DNA of 54,445 nucleotides from Acidiferrobacterales bacterium (GTDB lineage Bacteria; Pseudomonadota; Gammaproteobacteria; Acidiferrobacterales; SPGG2): NCBI GenBank assembly GCA_046758085.1, contig JBHHZP010000003.1, positions 1 to 54,445 of the forward strand, read 5' to 3'. Shown piece by piece: positions 44,727 to 53,604 of this stretch (position 1 is its first letter; each line of letters starts with the position of its first letter). The notes under the pieces were generated by a model. It saw only the letters and a program-made list of their open reading frames with translations, ran no database searches and was not told where the DNA came from. The position numbers and the translations under genes were made by a program.

Positions 44727-44799
44727 GGGGTGGGGCGACACGTAAAACAGCGCGTCGGATCTTACGTGTGCTCCTGGCGCCTCACTCCTCGCGTCCTAC
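44709..44799. repeat. Inverted pair of heptamer arrays (smpB/ssrA junction)
   Basis: Left arm GTAAGGG ACAAGGA GTAAGGG GTGGGGC plus ACACGTAA (contains the smpB TAA). Right arm TTACGTGT...GCCTCAC TCCTCGC GTCCTAC. Confidence 0.65.
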
Positions 44800-44828
44800 T
44801 TGTATAAGCATGCGCGAATCCCTATTAT
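44800..44828 (+). promoter_or_regulatory. Putative sigma70 promoter of ssrA
   Basis: TTGTAT-N17-TATTAT, ending 9 nt before the mature 5' end. Confidence 0.65.
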
Positions 44829-44837
44829 ACAGCCTAC

Positions 44838-45489
44838 GGGGGCGACACGGCTTCGACGTGGGTCGCGAAACCTTCGGGGCATGCCGAGGTGCAGATTTCC
44901 TCGTTAATCCAGCTGCACGCAAATAGTTGCCAACGACGACAACTACGCCCTGGCGGCCTAATCCCCGCCAGCCCCTTTCCCGGTTCGCCTGTGGGCAGGG
45001 ATAAAAGGGGTCGATTCACGCAGGACCGCGTGCCGCTGCGTCCGTTAGCGGCGCGTTAAATCTCAAGCGGGCTACGCTTGCTGGCGCTCCTGTCTGTCGG
45101 AGACCAGCCGGCTAAATACAAAGACAGACTACGCATGTAGAACCGGACGGTAGAGGGCTTGCGGACGCGGGTTCGATCAAGAGGGTCGCCTCTGCCCGCA
45201 AGGGTAGAGTGAAAACGGGGCTCACATCGGCGAAACCTAAGGCAGACACTGCTATGGCAACGCCGAGGGGTAGGAAGGGGGCTAACCTCAGGCCTGCCCT
45301 GTAGAGACTCATAGGCCCGCTGGTCTGCCACAAGGTGGATGAGCGGACACTAGGATTCATCTCAGAGGAAGGAGATGGATAATACGCCCCGCACCCGGCC
45401 ACCAAATCCGCAAGGATCTGGGAATCGGGTGAAGGCATAGTCCAGCCCGTATCGAAAGATTCGGACAAGCTGTCCCGCCGCCTCCACCA
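44838..45489 (+). ncRNA. ssrA: tmRNA, intron-interrupted (exon 1 44838-45177, exon 2 45473-45489)
   Basis: 5' GGGGGCG pairs with 3' CGCCTCC-ACCA including the G3.U alanine determinant. pk1 is GAGG/CCTC plus GTGCAG/CTGCAC. Tag ORF 44929-44961 encodes ANDDNYALAA*. The T-arm GCGGG-TTCGAT|T-CCCGC is restored only by removing 45178-45472. Follows smpB. Confidence 0.97.
45178..45472 (+). mobile_element. Group I self-splicing intron (295 nt, no ORF) in the tmRNA T-loop
   Basis: 5' exon ends in U paired to G in P1 (CGAUC/GGUCG). P2 with GCAA loop; P3 CGGGGC/GCCCCG; P4 UCGGCG/CGCCGA; 11-nt receptor CCUAAG/UAUGG; R GUAGAGACU; S GAAGGCAUAGUCC; P8 CACCCG/CGGGUG; P9 with GAAA loop; P9.0 AGC/GCU; terminal G45472. 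Confidence 0.94.
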
Positions 45490-45496
45490 ATTACAA

Positions 45497-45530
45497 AACC
45501 CCTGACCGAAGCCGGTCAGGGGTTCGTTGA
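45497..45530 (+). terminator. Hairpin terminator after ssrA (possibly bidirectional)
   Basis: AACCCCTGACCG-AAGC-CGGTCAGGGGTT, a perfect 12-bp stem. Confidence 0.8.
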
Positions 45531-45691
45531 TGATTCACAGACAGTTGTTACGCAACTTATCGTTTCCATTCGCGGCTCGCCCGGTGCCATCGACGCACGA
45601 CAGGTGAACCGTTTTGCAAGACCAACATAATCAACGAGCGGCCGCAACCGCTCTTTTGTGGCCGTCCCAGCGGGGCCACGCCCGCACCGGG

Positions 45692-46120
45692 TCATTGTCT
45701 CGGACACAGTCGGGCGGCGAAACTGCAGCTTGGGGTCCAAGTGAGACTGGCCCCGTTGTCAGCAGGCACATAGGTCACCATGCCACTGGCCGCCTCACCC
45801 AGACCCTTGCTGCTTGACAGGGTTACTGTGATGACACCGTTCGTGGCGGTGGCCACGGCCGAGACATACTTGGCGCTGTAACTGCCCGGGGTCGCCAGCC
45901 CCAGGCTCGTCTGCCCCGGTATATTGCCCAACTTGTAGCCGTCGCTGTAGGCCATATCGATGGCCGTCTTCGCCGGTCCCACCAGGCTGGCGGCTTCCGA
46001 TACGCGCGACCGGATCGTGTACTCCTGATAGGAAGGAACGGCGATTGCCGACAACACACCGACAATCGTAACCACAACCAGCAGTTCGATCAGCGTAAAA
46101 CCTTGTTGAACCTGTTTCAT
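45692..46120 (-). CDS. Type IVa pilin (PilA/PilE-like)
   Basis: Prepilin motif MKQVQQG|FTLIELLVVVTIVGVLSAIAVPSYQEY..RSRVSE, KYV, C-terminal Cys pair; GGAGG SD. Confidence 0.93.
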   Translation of the reverse strand: MKQVQQGFTLIELLVVVTIVGVLSAIAVPSYQEYTIRSRVSEAASLVGPAKTAIDMAYSDGYKLGNIPGQTSLGLATPGSYSAKYVSAVATATNGVITVTLSSSKGLGEAASGMVTYVPADNGASLTWTPSCSFAARLCPRQ

Positions 46121-46262
46121 TTGAAGCCTCCAGAAAGGCCTCTAAGTCCGTTTTTAGAGCTGTTGCCTTCGAAAAATCCGGTTAAATCGAAGTCTGTAGT
46201 AGTGCACTATGACCACTTCAGGCCTGCCGCAACCATCACGGCGGATGTACGATGCACGAACT

Positions 46263-46278
46263 TGCAGGGATCATGCCA
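46263..46278 (-). promoter_or_regulatory. sigma54 (-24/-12) promoter for the pilin
   Basis: Minus strand TGGCATGATCCCTGCA: GG-N10-GC spacing, close to TGGCAC-N5-TTGCW. Confidence 0.7.
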
Positions 46279-46647
46279 GTGGCTCTTTGTCGGATACTAG
46301 CGGTTGATCTGCCGGGACAACCGGTTGGGCGCATCCGTCAGCGCGGGCTGACCCGGACAAAGGGTCGAGATCGACCGACGAGTGGCGCGGTTGGATTGAA
46401 TTTCAAGTAGATTTCCGCTCCCGCCACCGCTACTGGCCCTGCTGCCGGCGACCGCGGTGACAGATGTCGGCGACGCACCAATCAATCATGGCCCCGGGCC
46501 CAGCAGGCACTCTTCATCACCGTCAACCAGGCATACGCCTGAACGAGGCCTGAGGTTGCGCTCTTGGCGGTATGGACGGGAAGACAAAAGCTGTTGGGAA
46601 CGGGCTGCAGGCGGATGCCCGGGCATAGAAGGAACTTCGATGCCCTC

Positions 46648-47052
46648 TTACGCTGACGCTGAGACCTTACGCTCGGACGCAAGCTCGGCATCGGTCTTGC
46701 CGGCCACATGAGCCATGCGCTCCACTGCCTGCCGCATCGCGTCCTGGACCTCCTCAAAGGCCTGGCGGCGCTCGGGCGAGTCATTCTCACGCAACGCCAG
46801 CGCCACTGCATTGAGCCGGCGGAGCAGCTTCATGAACAAATGGCCCTCGGTACGCAGGGCAGGGTACTTGCGTTCACTGGGTAAGAGCCGGTGGGCCCCC
46901 TTCCAGATGCCGACCTCGATCAACACCATGCCGAACCCCACGACCGCAATTTGCATGGTCAGGTCGGCCCTCATGAAGAGCACCGCCCCTAAGATGACCG
47001 CCACGCCAGCAAACGGCAGGCTGATATCAATAACCTTCCGAAGGGTTCTCAA
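46648..47052 (-). CDS. Hypothetical protein, two N-terminal TM helices plus helical C-terminus
   Basis: 134-aa ORF with TTG start, GAGG SD and an upstream extended -10 TGCTACAAT. Confidence 0.65.
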   Translation of the reverse strand: MRTLRKVIDISLPFAGVAVILGAVLFMRADLTMQIAVVGFGMVLIEVGIWKGAHRLLPSERKYPALRTEGHLFMKLLRRLNAVALALRENDSPERRQAFEEVQDAMRQAVERMAHVAGKTDAELASERKVSASA

Positions 47053-47529
47053 TGTTAGCGTCCTCGCTCACGGGGCATTGTAGCATTCGCATTCCAGGGC
47101 ATTTCGTCAAGAAGAAAAACCGCACATCATGTACCGACGCCGCCGAAGATCAGTTCTCAATTCCATCGCTGAGACTCTAGGCATCAAAAACGTCAATGCT
47201 TTATTTCATAGTTGCCCGTTTACGTGAAGTAAAGTTCTACCACATCCATTGTGCCTCGAAATTGCAATTCGTCCATTGGCTGTTACATGCGCCGACGCAT
47301 CACCTGTGCCAATTCAAGCCAGGCTGACACCATTATGTAACGCTTATTTTGTCTGCAGAAAAATCTTCTACGCGGGAATCCTTTGCCGCCCCATTTCGCC
47401 GTAGTGGCAGATTTCTTGCGTGGCGCGATTTTGGGGCTGATTTCGCCAAGCCGGTGGTCAAACGGCCCATCAAAATGGGGCTCTCTGCGGCGGTGAGTTG
47501 GATCGAAAGGCAGCTGCGCTGAACGCAGT

Positions 47530-48228
47530 TCAGCGCCGCACGGGGCCCGGGCGGACGCCACGCAGTAGCGCCAGCTTCAATAACGGCGGTGTCATCAAGG
47601 TAGTCACAATGACCATCAACACGACCGCCGAGAACGGTGCATCGCTGATTACGCCGAGGCTCTTGCCAATCGAGGCGAAGATAAGGCCGACCTCGCCACG
47701 CGTTAGCATACCGACCCCCACCGCCCAGCGGTTCTCCCCTTTGCCGCACCCAAGAGCACTGGCCAGCTTCCCGATTATCGCGGCACCCAGCAGAGCGAGG
47801 GCCATGGTCACGAGGTGCCAACCCAGGAAGGTTTCCAATTTTACTTGAATACCCACCGGCACAAAGAAAATAGGCACCAGGATCGTCTCCAGCGGTGCAA
47901 TTAGATCCTTTCGGGCCATGTAGAATCTCCAGCACGTGCGGCGCGGCCATGGGGCCCAACGCATGGTCCGCGGCCTGCGCCAAGGGCTGGCCCGCCAAGG
48001 CAAGACTGACCATATCAAAGATGGCAGGACCCTCCCTGAGCACCTCGACCCAATCAAGACCGAGTAGGTATCCGAATTTCCCTAACACGAGCCCCGAATG
48101 ACCAGCTCCCCTAGCACCGACGGTTGACCGAACCAACGAACTGCAAAACGCCCGAGGACTGCAAAGAACAGAATGCCGGTGACGCCGAGAATCACCGGTG
48201 CAATCGGGTCGGTACGCACGCCATCCAT
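47530..48228 (-). pseudogene. Decayed cation:proton antiporter (CPA2/KefB-NapA-like)
   Basis: Three frames. ATG48228 MDGVRTDPIAPVILG...GQPSVLGELVI; frameshift near 48096 to GLVLGKFG...ILHGPKG; jump near 47906-47911 to the C-terminal KDLIAPLETILVPIFFV...GKL...VGVGMLTRGEVGLIFA...VTTLMTPPLLK. Total about 230 codons, with the central part missing. Confidence 0.8.
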
Positions 48229-48459
48229 GGGATCAGATCAGCGCCGGCTCAACGTTACAAGAGGGGGCTGGCTGGCGGTTAAGTATTGCAGCATCGGGTT
48301 TTCGCTGAATCGCCGGCAATGCTCGAGGCATTCCGGCGGGTTTTGGCTTTGCAAGCAAATACCGGAATAGCGGGCAAAGATCAAGAAGAACGACGACGTT
48401 GACGCGCTTGGCGAGCGTGAGTTAACGTTAGTCGCCACCCATGAACCCGCGGAGGCAGT

Positions 48460-48696
48460 GTGCCAAAAAAAAACACCATGCCTGACTTCGAGGCCGCACT
48501 CACGGAGCTCGAGCGGCTCGTCGAGAAAATGGAGAGCGGTGAACAGAGCCTGGAAGAGGCCCTGAAGTCTTTTCAGCGCGGCATAGAGCTGACCCGAGCC
48601 TGTCAACAGGCTTTGAAGCAGGCGGAGCAGCGTGTTGAAAAACTCGTCCAGAAGAACGATCGACTGGTGACCGAGAGTCTGGAAATTAATGACTAG
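48460..48696 (+). CDS. xseB: Exodeoxyribonuclease VII small subunit
   Basis: [51 protein letters not shown]. Confidence 0.95.
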   Translation: MPKKNTMPDFEAALTELERLVEKMESGEQSLEEALKSFQRGIELTRACQQALKQAEQRVEKLVQKNDRLVTESLEIND

Positions 48697-48711
48697 AATA
48701 GACGAAGCGAC

Positions 48712-49605
48712 TTGAGCCACCTGGAGCAGACGCTGCGGCAATATCAGCGGCGAGTAGAAGATGCATTGGATCGCCGCCTGCCGAGATCGAGTGAACCCCC
48801 CCAGCAGTTGCACGAAGCCATGCGCTACGCCACGCTGGACGGGGGCAAACGCGTGCGCGCATGTCTCGTGTATGCCGCCGGCGCGGCGTTAGACGTGGAG
48901 GCGACAGTGCTGGATGCACCGGCCTGCGCGGTAGAGCTGATCCACAGCTACTCACTCGTGCACGACGACCTGCCGTGCATGGATAATGATGACCTACGAC
49001 GCGGCAAACCCACGTGCCACAAGGCGTTCGACCAAGCTACCGCACTGCTCGTTGGGGACGCGCTGCAAACACTTGCGTTCGAAATCCTGGCGAAAGATTC
49101 CGCGCTAGGCGTTAACGCGCAACGCCGTACGCAGATGATCGCGTCGTTGGCTGAGGCCGCAGGTTCGCGTGGCATGGCGGGAGGCCAGGCCATCGATCTG
49201 GGAGCGGTCGGGCGAGCGCTTGCCTTGCCTGAGCTCGAAGACATGCATCGGCGCAAAACCGGTGCGCTGATCCGGGCCGCCGTGCGCCTCGGTGCCCTGG
49301 GAAGCGAAGGAGCAGGCGCTGAGGCCTTGGATGCACTCGATCACTATGCGCGTCATATCGGCCTTGCGTTTCAGATCACCGATGACGTTTTGGATGTGGA
49401 AGGCGACGCGCAGGCCCTGGGAAAAACGCCCGGGGCCGACGAGGCGCACAATAAGCCCACCTACCCATCCTTGCTTGGTCTACAACAGGCCAAGGCGAGA
49501 TGCGCCGAGCTGACCGACAGCGCAGTGGCCGCCCTGGTGCTGTTTGGTGAGAGTGCCGATGCCCTCGCCGGGCTGGCGCGCTACATCGTTGACCGCAGGC
49601 ATTAG
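48712..49605 (+). CDS. ispA: Farnesyl diphosphate synthase
   Basis: GGKRVR, SLVHDDLPCMDNDDLRRGKPT, GGQAID, KTGAL, AFQITDDVLD. Confidence 0.96.
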   Translation: MSHLEQTLRQYQRRVEDALDRRLPRSSEPPQQLHEAMRYATLDGGKRVRACLVYAAGAALDVEATVLDAPACAVELIHSYSLVHDDLPCMDNDDLRRGKPTCHKAFDQATALLVGDALQTLAFEILAKDSALGVNAQRRTQMIASLAEAAGSRGMAGGQAIDLGAVGRALALPELEDMHRRKTGALIRAAVRLGALGSEGAGAEALDALDHYARHIGLAFQITDDVLDVEGDAQALGKTPGADEAHNKPTYPSLLGLQQAKARCAELTDSAVAALVLFGESADALAGLARYIVDRRH

Positions 49606-49761
49606 TCCTGCCCGCACACAGGTTGACACCAGGCCGGCGCGCTAGTGGCAGGATACAAGCTCCCGCGCGCTTGCGCTTGCCCAAGCCCAGGGGAACAGCT
49701 TAAACTGGGGCCTGCTCGTAGCAACGCGCCATGCGCACCATCGGAGTCAAAGGATCCGCTA

Positions 49762-50628
49762 ATGAAACTCGTCAAGCTCGATCAGCAACGGCACGCAGAT
49801 CCTATCGTAGACGTGCAGGGCAGCCCCGACACGCGTCAGATCCCTATCGACAAGGTCGGCATCAAGGACGTCCGCCATCCGGTGAAGGTGAAAGACCGAA
49901 GCCAGGGCGAACAGCACACCATCGCCCAGTTCAACATGTATGTCGAGCTGCCACACAGCTTCAAAGGCACTCACATGTCACGTTTCGTGGAGATCCTCAA
50001 CAGCCACAAGCCCGAGATCTCAGTGGAGTCGTTTAAGGGCATGCTGGTGGAAATGGCACAACGCCTCGATGCCGAGACGGGTCACATCGAGATGAGCTTC
50101 CCATACTTTATCACCAAGTCCGCTCCGGTATCCGGGGTCAAAAGCCTCATGGATTACCAGGTGACGCTAACAGGCGAGACCACACATGGCCAGCACAGCA
50201 TGATATTGAAGGTAGTTGTCCCGGTGACGAGCTTGTGTCCGTGCTCGAAAGAGATCTCTCGCTATGGCGCGCACAACCAACGCTCTCACGTCACCGTGAG
50301 CGTGCAGACGACCAAGTTCGTGTGGATCGAAGACTTAATCGAGCTCGTCGAGAAGAAAGCGAGCTGCGAGCTCTATGGGCTCTTAAAGCGCCCGGATGAA
50401 AAGTACGTGACCGAGCGCGCTTACGATAATCCCAAGTTCGTCGAAGACATGGTGCGCGATGTGGCCGCGGCGCTCAACGACGATGATCGTATAGAAGCCT
50501 ATGTCGTTGAATCAGAAAACTTCGAGTCCATCCACAACCACTCCGCCTACGCCATGATCCGGAGAGACAAGCGCCACGGTGCAACGGTCGCGGCTCGTAG
50601 CGAGCCCTCGAGCTCAGATTCTGGGTAG
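49762..50628 (+). CDS. folE2: GTP cyclohydrolase IB (FolE2)
   Basis: DVQ...[57 protein letters not shown]. Confidence 0.95.
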   Translation: MKLVKLDQQRHADPIVDVQGSPDTRQIPIDKVGIKDVRHPVKVKDRSQGEQHTIAQFNMYVELPHSFKGTHMSRFVEILNSHKPEISVESFKGMLVEMAQRLDAETGHIEMSFPYFITKSAPVSGVKSLMDYQVTLTGETTHGQHSMILKVVVPVTSLCPCSKEISRYGAHNQRSHVTVSVQTTKFVWIEDLIELVEKKASCELYGLLKRPDEKYVTERAYDNPKFVEDMVRDVAAALNDDDRIEAYVVESENFESIHNHSAYAMIRRDKRHGATVAARSEPSSSDSG

Positions 50629-50765
50629 CGTGCGCACACCCGCGGGAATTGAGCTAAAAGAGCGATACAGAGCATCGCAACGGATGCACGTCAAAAAGAC
50701 ACTCCCGATCCGCATCAAGACAGCAAGCTGGTGAACGCCAGACAGTAGCCGTATCCGTAAAACCG

Positions 50766-51428
50766 TCAATAACTCTTGGTCAGCTCCATCTTGTTGCCGT
50801 CACGTGTCATGCTGAGGTGGCCAAGGAAAGACATGCCCAGCAAAACATCGGCCGGGTGATCGCCTTGGATTACGCCAGCGTCGACATTATGTACGGTAAT
50901 TTCGCCGACTGTCACCGTATTCAGTTTAAGGCTATACATACGTACTACGCCACTTGCAGTCGAGGCCAGCGCGGCGCGTCCGTGACGCTTGTAATCCAAC
51001 CCGATACGATCTGCGGTGCGGCTACTCATGGCAATGGTGTTAGCACCGGTATCGACCAGAAACCTGACCTCGGCGCCGTTGATCGTGCCAGGGGTATAGA
51101 AAAAGCCGCCCTTGTCGGCCCAAAGAGTAATCGAACTAGATGCCTGCCCTGCACTGAGGGGTGCGGAACTTACCACGCCAAGGCTGAGGGTTTCTCGCCG
51201 CCCATTTATCTCGATCTCGGCGGTTTCCAGTTCGGTGTCCGTTCGGATAAGTTTTACACCTTCCGGGCTGATCTGTCCGGCCGACAAAACACGCCTCGTG
51301 CCGTCGATACTTATGATCGCCTTGCTCTTGAATAACGCAAACACCGTGATCTTTTCCACCGCCCCCAGCCACTGCGGCAAAGTGAGCATCACAGCAACTG
51401 CGAGCACGCGAATCGCGAGTCTTGACAT
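50766..51428 (-). CDS. Clan AA (retropepsin-like) aspartic protease with signal peptide
   Basis: GTING..VRFLVDTGA, TASG, VLLGMSFL. Start moved to ATG 51428 (GGAG SD). Confidence 0.88.
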   Translation of the reverse strand: MSRLAIRVLAVAVMLTLPQWLGAVEKITVFALFKSKAIISIDGTRRVLSAGQISPEGVKLIRTDTELETAEIEINGRRETLSLGVVSSAPLSAGQASSSITLWADKGGFFYTPGTINGAEVRFLVDTGANTIAMSSRTADRIGLDYKRHGRAALASTASGVVRMYSLKLNTVTVGEITVHNVDAGVIQGDHPADVLLGMSFLGHLSMTRDGNKMELTKSY

Positions 51429-51488
51429 CACAGCGTCTCCCGGTGTTTTCCGCCAGGGATTTCGATCCAATGATGACTGTGGGTAATC

Positions 51489-51517
51489 ATATAGCTTTGT
51501 AATATAGCTTTGTAATA
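51489..51517. repeat. Perfect 13-bp tandem duplication
   Basis: ATATAGCTTTGTA twice plus ATA, 60 nt upstream of the protease start. Confidence 0.85.
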
Positions 51518-51845
51518 AAGCGGGTGTATGGGCCCGGATCGTGCGGATGTCTCGATGGATCGCACGCAACGATATCTTCGGTATGTTCTAAAAGAATAGA
51601 CAAATTCGCGCGCCTTGCATTCCCTGGCCAAGGCGCCGGTCAACCCGCGGCGCCATCCCAGGAACCCCGTTCTTTTTAAGGTATCCGCCAACGGGTGGAC
51701 ACGCGATAACAGCGGCCGGACTGGCGAATCTCCAGCGCTTCTTCCTGCCCCCGCCCGCATGACTCATGGTACTACTGCAGAGATCGCGGCGTTATACTTG
51801 CGCCTATCTGTTTGTTGTCGCGTTAACAAACAAAAAGGGTAGATC

Positions 51846-53555
51846 ATGCGTGTTTCGCGTTTCTTGCTGTCTACGGTCAAGGAAACCCCGTCCGACGCCG
51901 AAATCGTAAGCCACCAGTTGATGCTACGCGCCGGGATGATTCGCAAGATCGCCGCCGGCATCTATACCTGGCTGCCGCTGGGGCTGCGGGTCATGCGCAA
52001 GGTGGAGCAAATCGTGCGCGAAGAGATGAACCGTGCCGGCGCACTAGAGGTGTTGATGCCTGCCGTACAGCCGGCCGAGCTATGGCAAGAGTCACGGCGC
52101 TGGGAGGAATACGGACCGGAGTTGCTGCGGTTTACCGATCGTCACCAGCGTGAGTTTTGCTTCGGTCCCACGCACGAGGAGGTCATCACCGAGCTGGTGC
52201 GGCGAGAGATCAAGAGTTACCGGCAGCTACCGGCAAATTTTTACCAGATCCAGACCAAGTTCCGCGACGAAATCCGTCCCCGTTTCGGCGTCATGCGCGC
52301 GCGGGAGTTTTTGATGAAGGATGCCTACTCGTTTCATATCGACGAAGTATCGTTGCGTGAAACCTATCAAGTTATGTATGACGCCTACTCGCGCGTGTTT
52401 TCGCGCGTCGGGTTGGAGTTTCACGCAGTAGAAGCGGACACCGGCGCGATTGGCGGTAACGTATCCCACGAGTTCCATGTGCTAGCCGAATCTGGTGAAG
52501 ACGCAATCGCAATCTGCTCGGCATGCGACTATGCCGCTAACGTGGATCTCGCCGCGGCACTGCCTCCGGTGGGCAAGCGCCCGGCGCCGGGCGCGGCCCT
52601 GGAAAAAGTAGACACGCCCGGGCAACACACGATTGAGGCTGTGAGCCAGTTTCTCGGCGTCGATCCCGCCCAAACGCTGAAGACCTTGCTGGTCAAAGGT
52701 GTGGGCGGCGTCATCGCGTTGGTCGTGCGCGGCGACCACGAACTGAATGAGATCAAGGCCGAAAAATTACCTCAGGTGATGAAACCCCTCGTGCTCGTGA
52801 CCCCGGGGGAGGTCGAGCTGGCGGCGGGCTGCGCACCCGGGTCCATCGGTCCCGTGGGCATCGACATCCCTGTCATCGCGGACGAAAGCGCGGCGCGACT
52901 GTCCAATTTCGTCTGCGGCGCCAACGAAGATGGCAAGCACCTGCGCCACGTGAACTGGGGGCGTGACCTGCCCGAACCCAAGGTGGCCGACATCCGTCAG
53001 GTTGTCGAAGGAGACCCCTGCCCGGGCGGCTCCGGCACACTCACCATTCGTCGCGGCATCGAAGTGGGGCATATCTTTCAGCTTGGTACCAAGTATAGCG
53101 AAAGCATGAACGCCACGGTGCTCGACGAGGCCGGGAAAGCCGTGGCCATGCCTATGGGCTGTTATGGCATCGGCGTCTCGCGCGTGGTCGCCGCGGCCAT
53201 CGAACAAAACCACGATGAGCACGGTATTATCTGGCCGGGCGCCATTGCGCCCTTTGAGGTGAGCCTAGTACCAATCGGCCTGCACAAGTCGTCCCACGTC
53301 GCGCAGGCGGCGGAAGATCTCTACCACAGACTAGTTGAAGCGGGCATCGAGGTCCTGTTCGATGATCGTAACGAACGCCCCGGGGTCATGTTCGCGGACA
53401 TGGATCTCATCGGCATCCCACACCGCCTCGTCATCGGAGACCGTGGCCTGCAAAATGGCACGATCGAGCACAAGGTCCGCCGAGACGCCGGCACGAGCGA
53501 GCTGCCCCTGGACAAGGCCGTCGAGCGCCTGCACGAGCTGGTCGGCAATAAATAA
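51846..53555 (+). CDS. proS: Proline--tRNA ligase (with editing domain)
   Basis: [67 protein letters not shown]. Confidence 0.98.
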   Translation: MRVSRFLLSTVKETPSDAEIVSHQLMLRAGMIRKIAAGIYTWLPLGLRVMRKVEQIVREEMNRAGALEVLMPAVQPAELWQESRRWEEYGPELLRFTDRHQREFCFGPTHEEVITELVRREIKSYRQLPANFYQIQTKFRDEIRPRFGVMRAREFLMKDAYSFHIDEVSLRETYQVMYDAYSRVFSRVGLEFHAVEADTGAIGGNVSHEFHVLAESGEDAIAICSACDYAANVDLAAALPPVGKRPAPGAALEKVDTPGQHTIEAVSQFLGVDPAQTLKTLLVKGVGGVIALVVRGDHELNEIKAEKLPQVMKPLVLVTPGEVELAAGCAPGSIGPVGIDIPVIADESAARLSNFVCGANEDGKHLRHVNWGRDLPEPKVADIRQVVEGDPCPGGSGTLTIRRGIEVGHIFQLGTKYSESMNATVLDEAGKAVAMPMGCYGIGVSRVVAAAIEQNHDEHGIIWPGAIAPFEVSLVPIGLHKSSHVAQAAEDLYHRLVEAGIEVLFDDRNERPGVMFADMDLIGIPHRLVIGDRGLQNGTIEHKVRRDAGTSELPLDKAVERLHELVGNK

Positions 53556-53604
53556 AGCAGAATTTGCGGCCGCCGGCCAGCACTCCGGACAAATCGCTGA
53601 GAAC

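Noticed and set aside
45056-45468. Minus-strand ORFs 45112-45468 and 45056-45331 as a homing endonuclease
   Set aside because: They are antisense to tmRNA and intron core, too short, and lack LAGLIDADG, HNH or GIY-YIG motifs.
45178-45489. Insert in ssrA as an integrated island with att duplication, or a two-piece (permuted) tmRNA
   Set aside because: No duplicated 3' end or integrase, gene order is standard one-piece, and the insert has group I core pairings and exact splice boundaries.
46121-46260. c-di-GMP or other riboswitch in the pilin leader
   Set aside because: Small hairpins exist but I see no conserved aptamer motifs; an Rfam scan would settle it.
46400-46432. GATTTCCGCTCCCGCCACC as an attR copy of the ssrA or a tRNA 3' end
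   Set aside because: Only a loose short match with no T-arm pairing; expected by chance in GC-rich DNA.
47333-48136. 267-aa ORF as an intact gene
   Set aside because: Only its first part is antiporter-like; the rest is out-of-frame read-through of the pseudogene.
22353-53555. Inteins or programmed frameshifts in large core genes (ftsH, carB, dnaK, recN, proS)
   Set aside because: All have ordinary lengths and uninterrupted frames.
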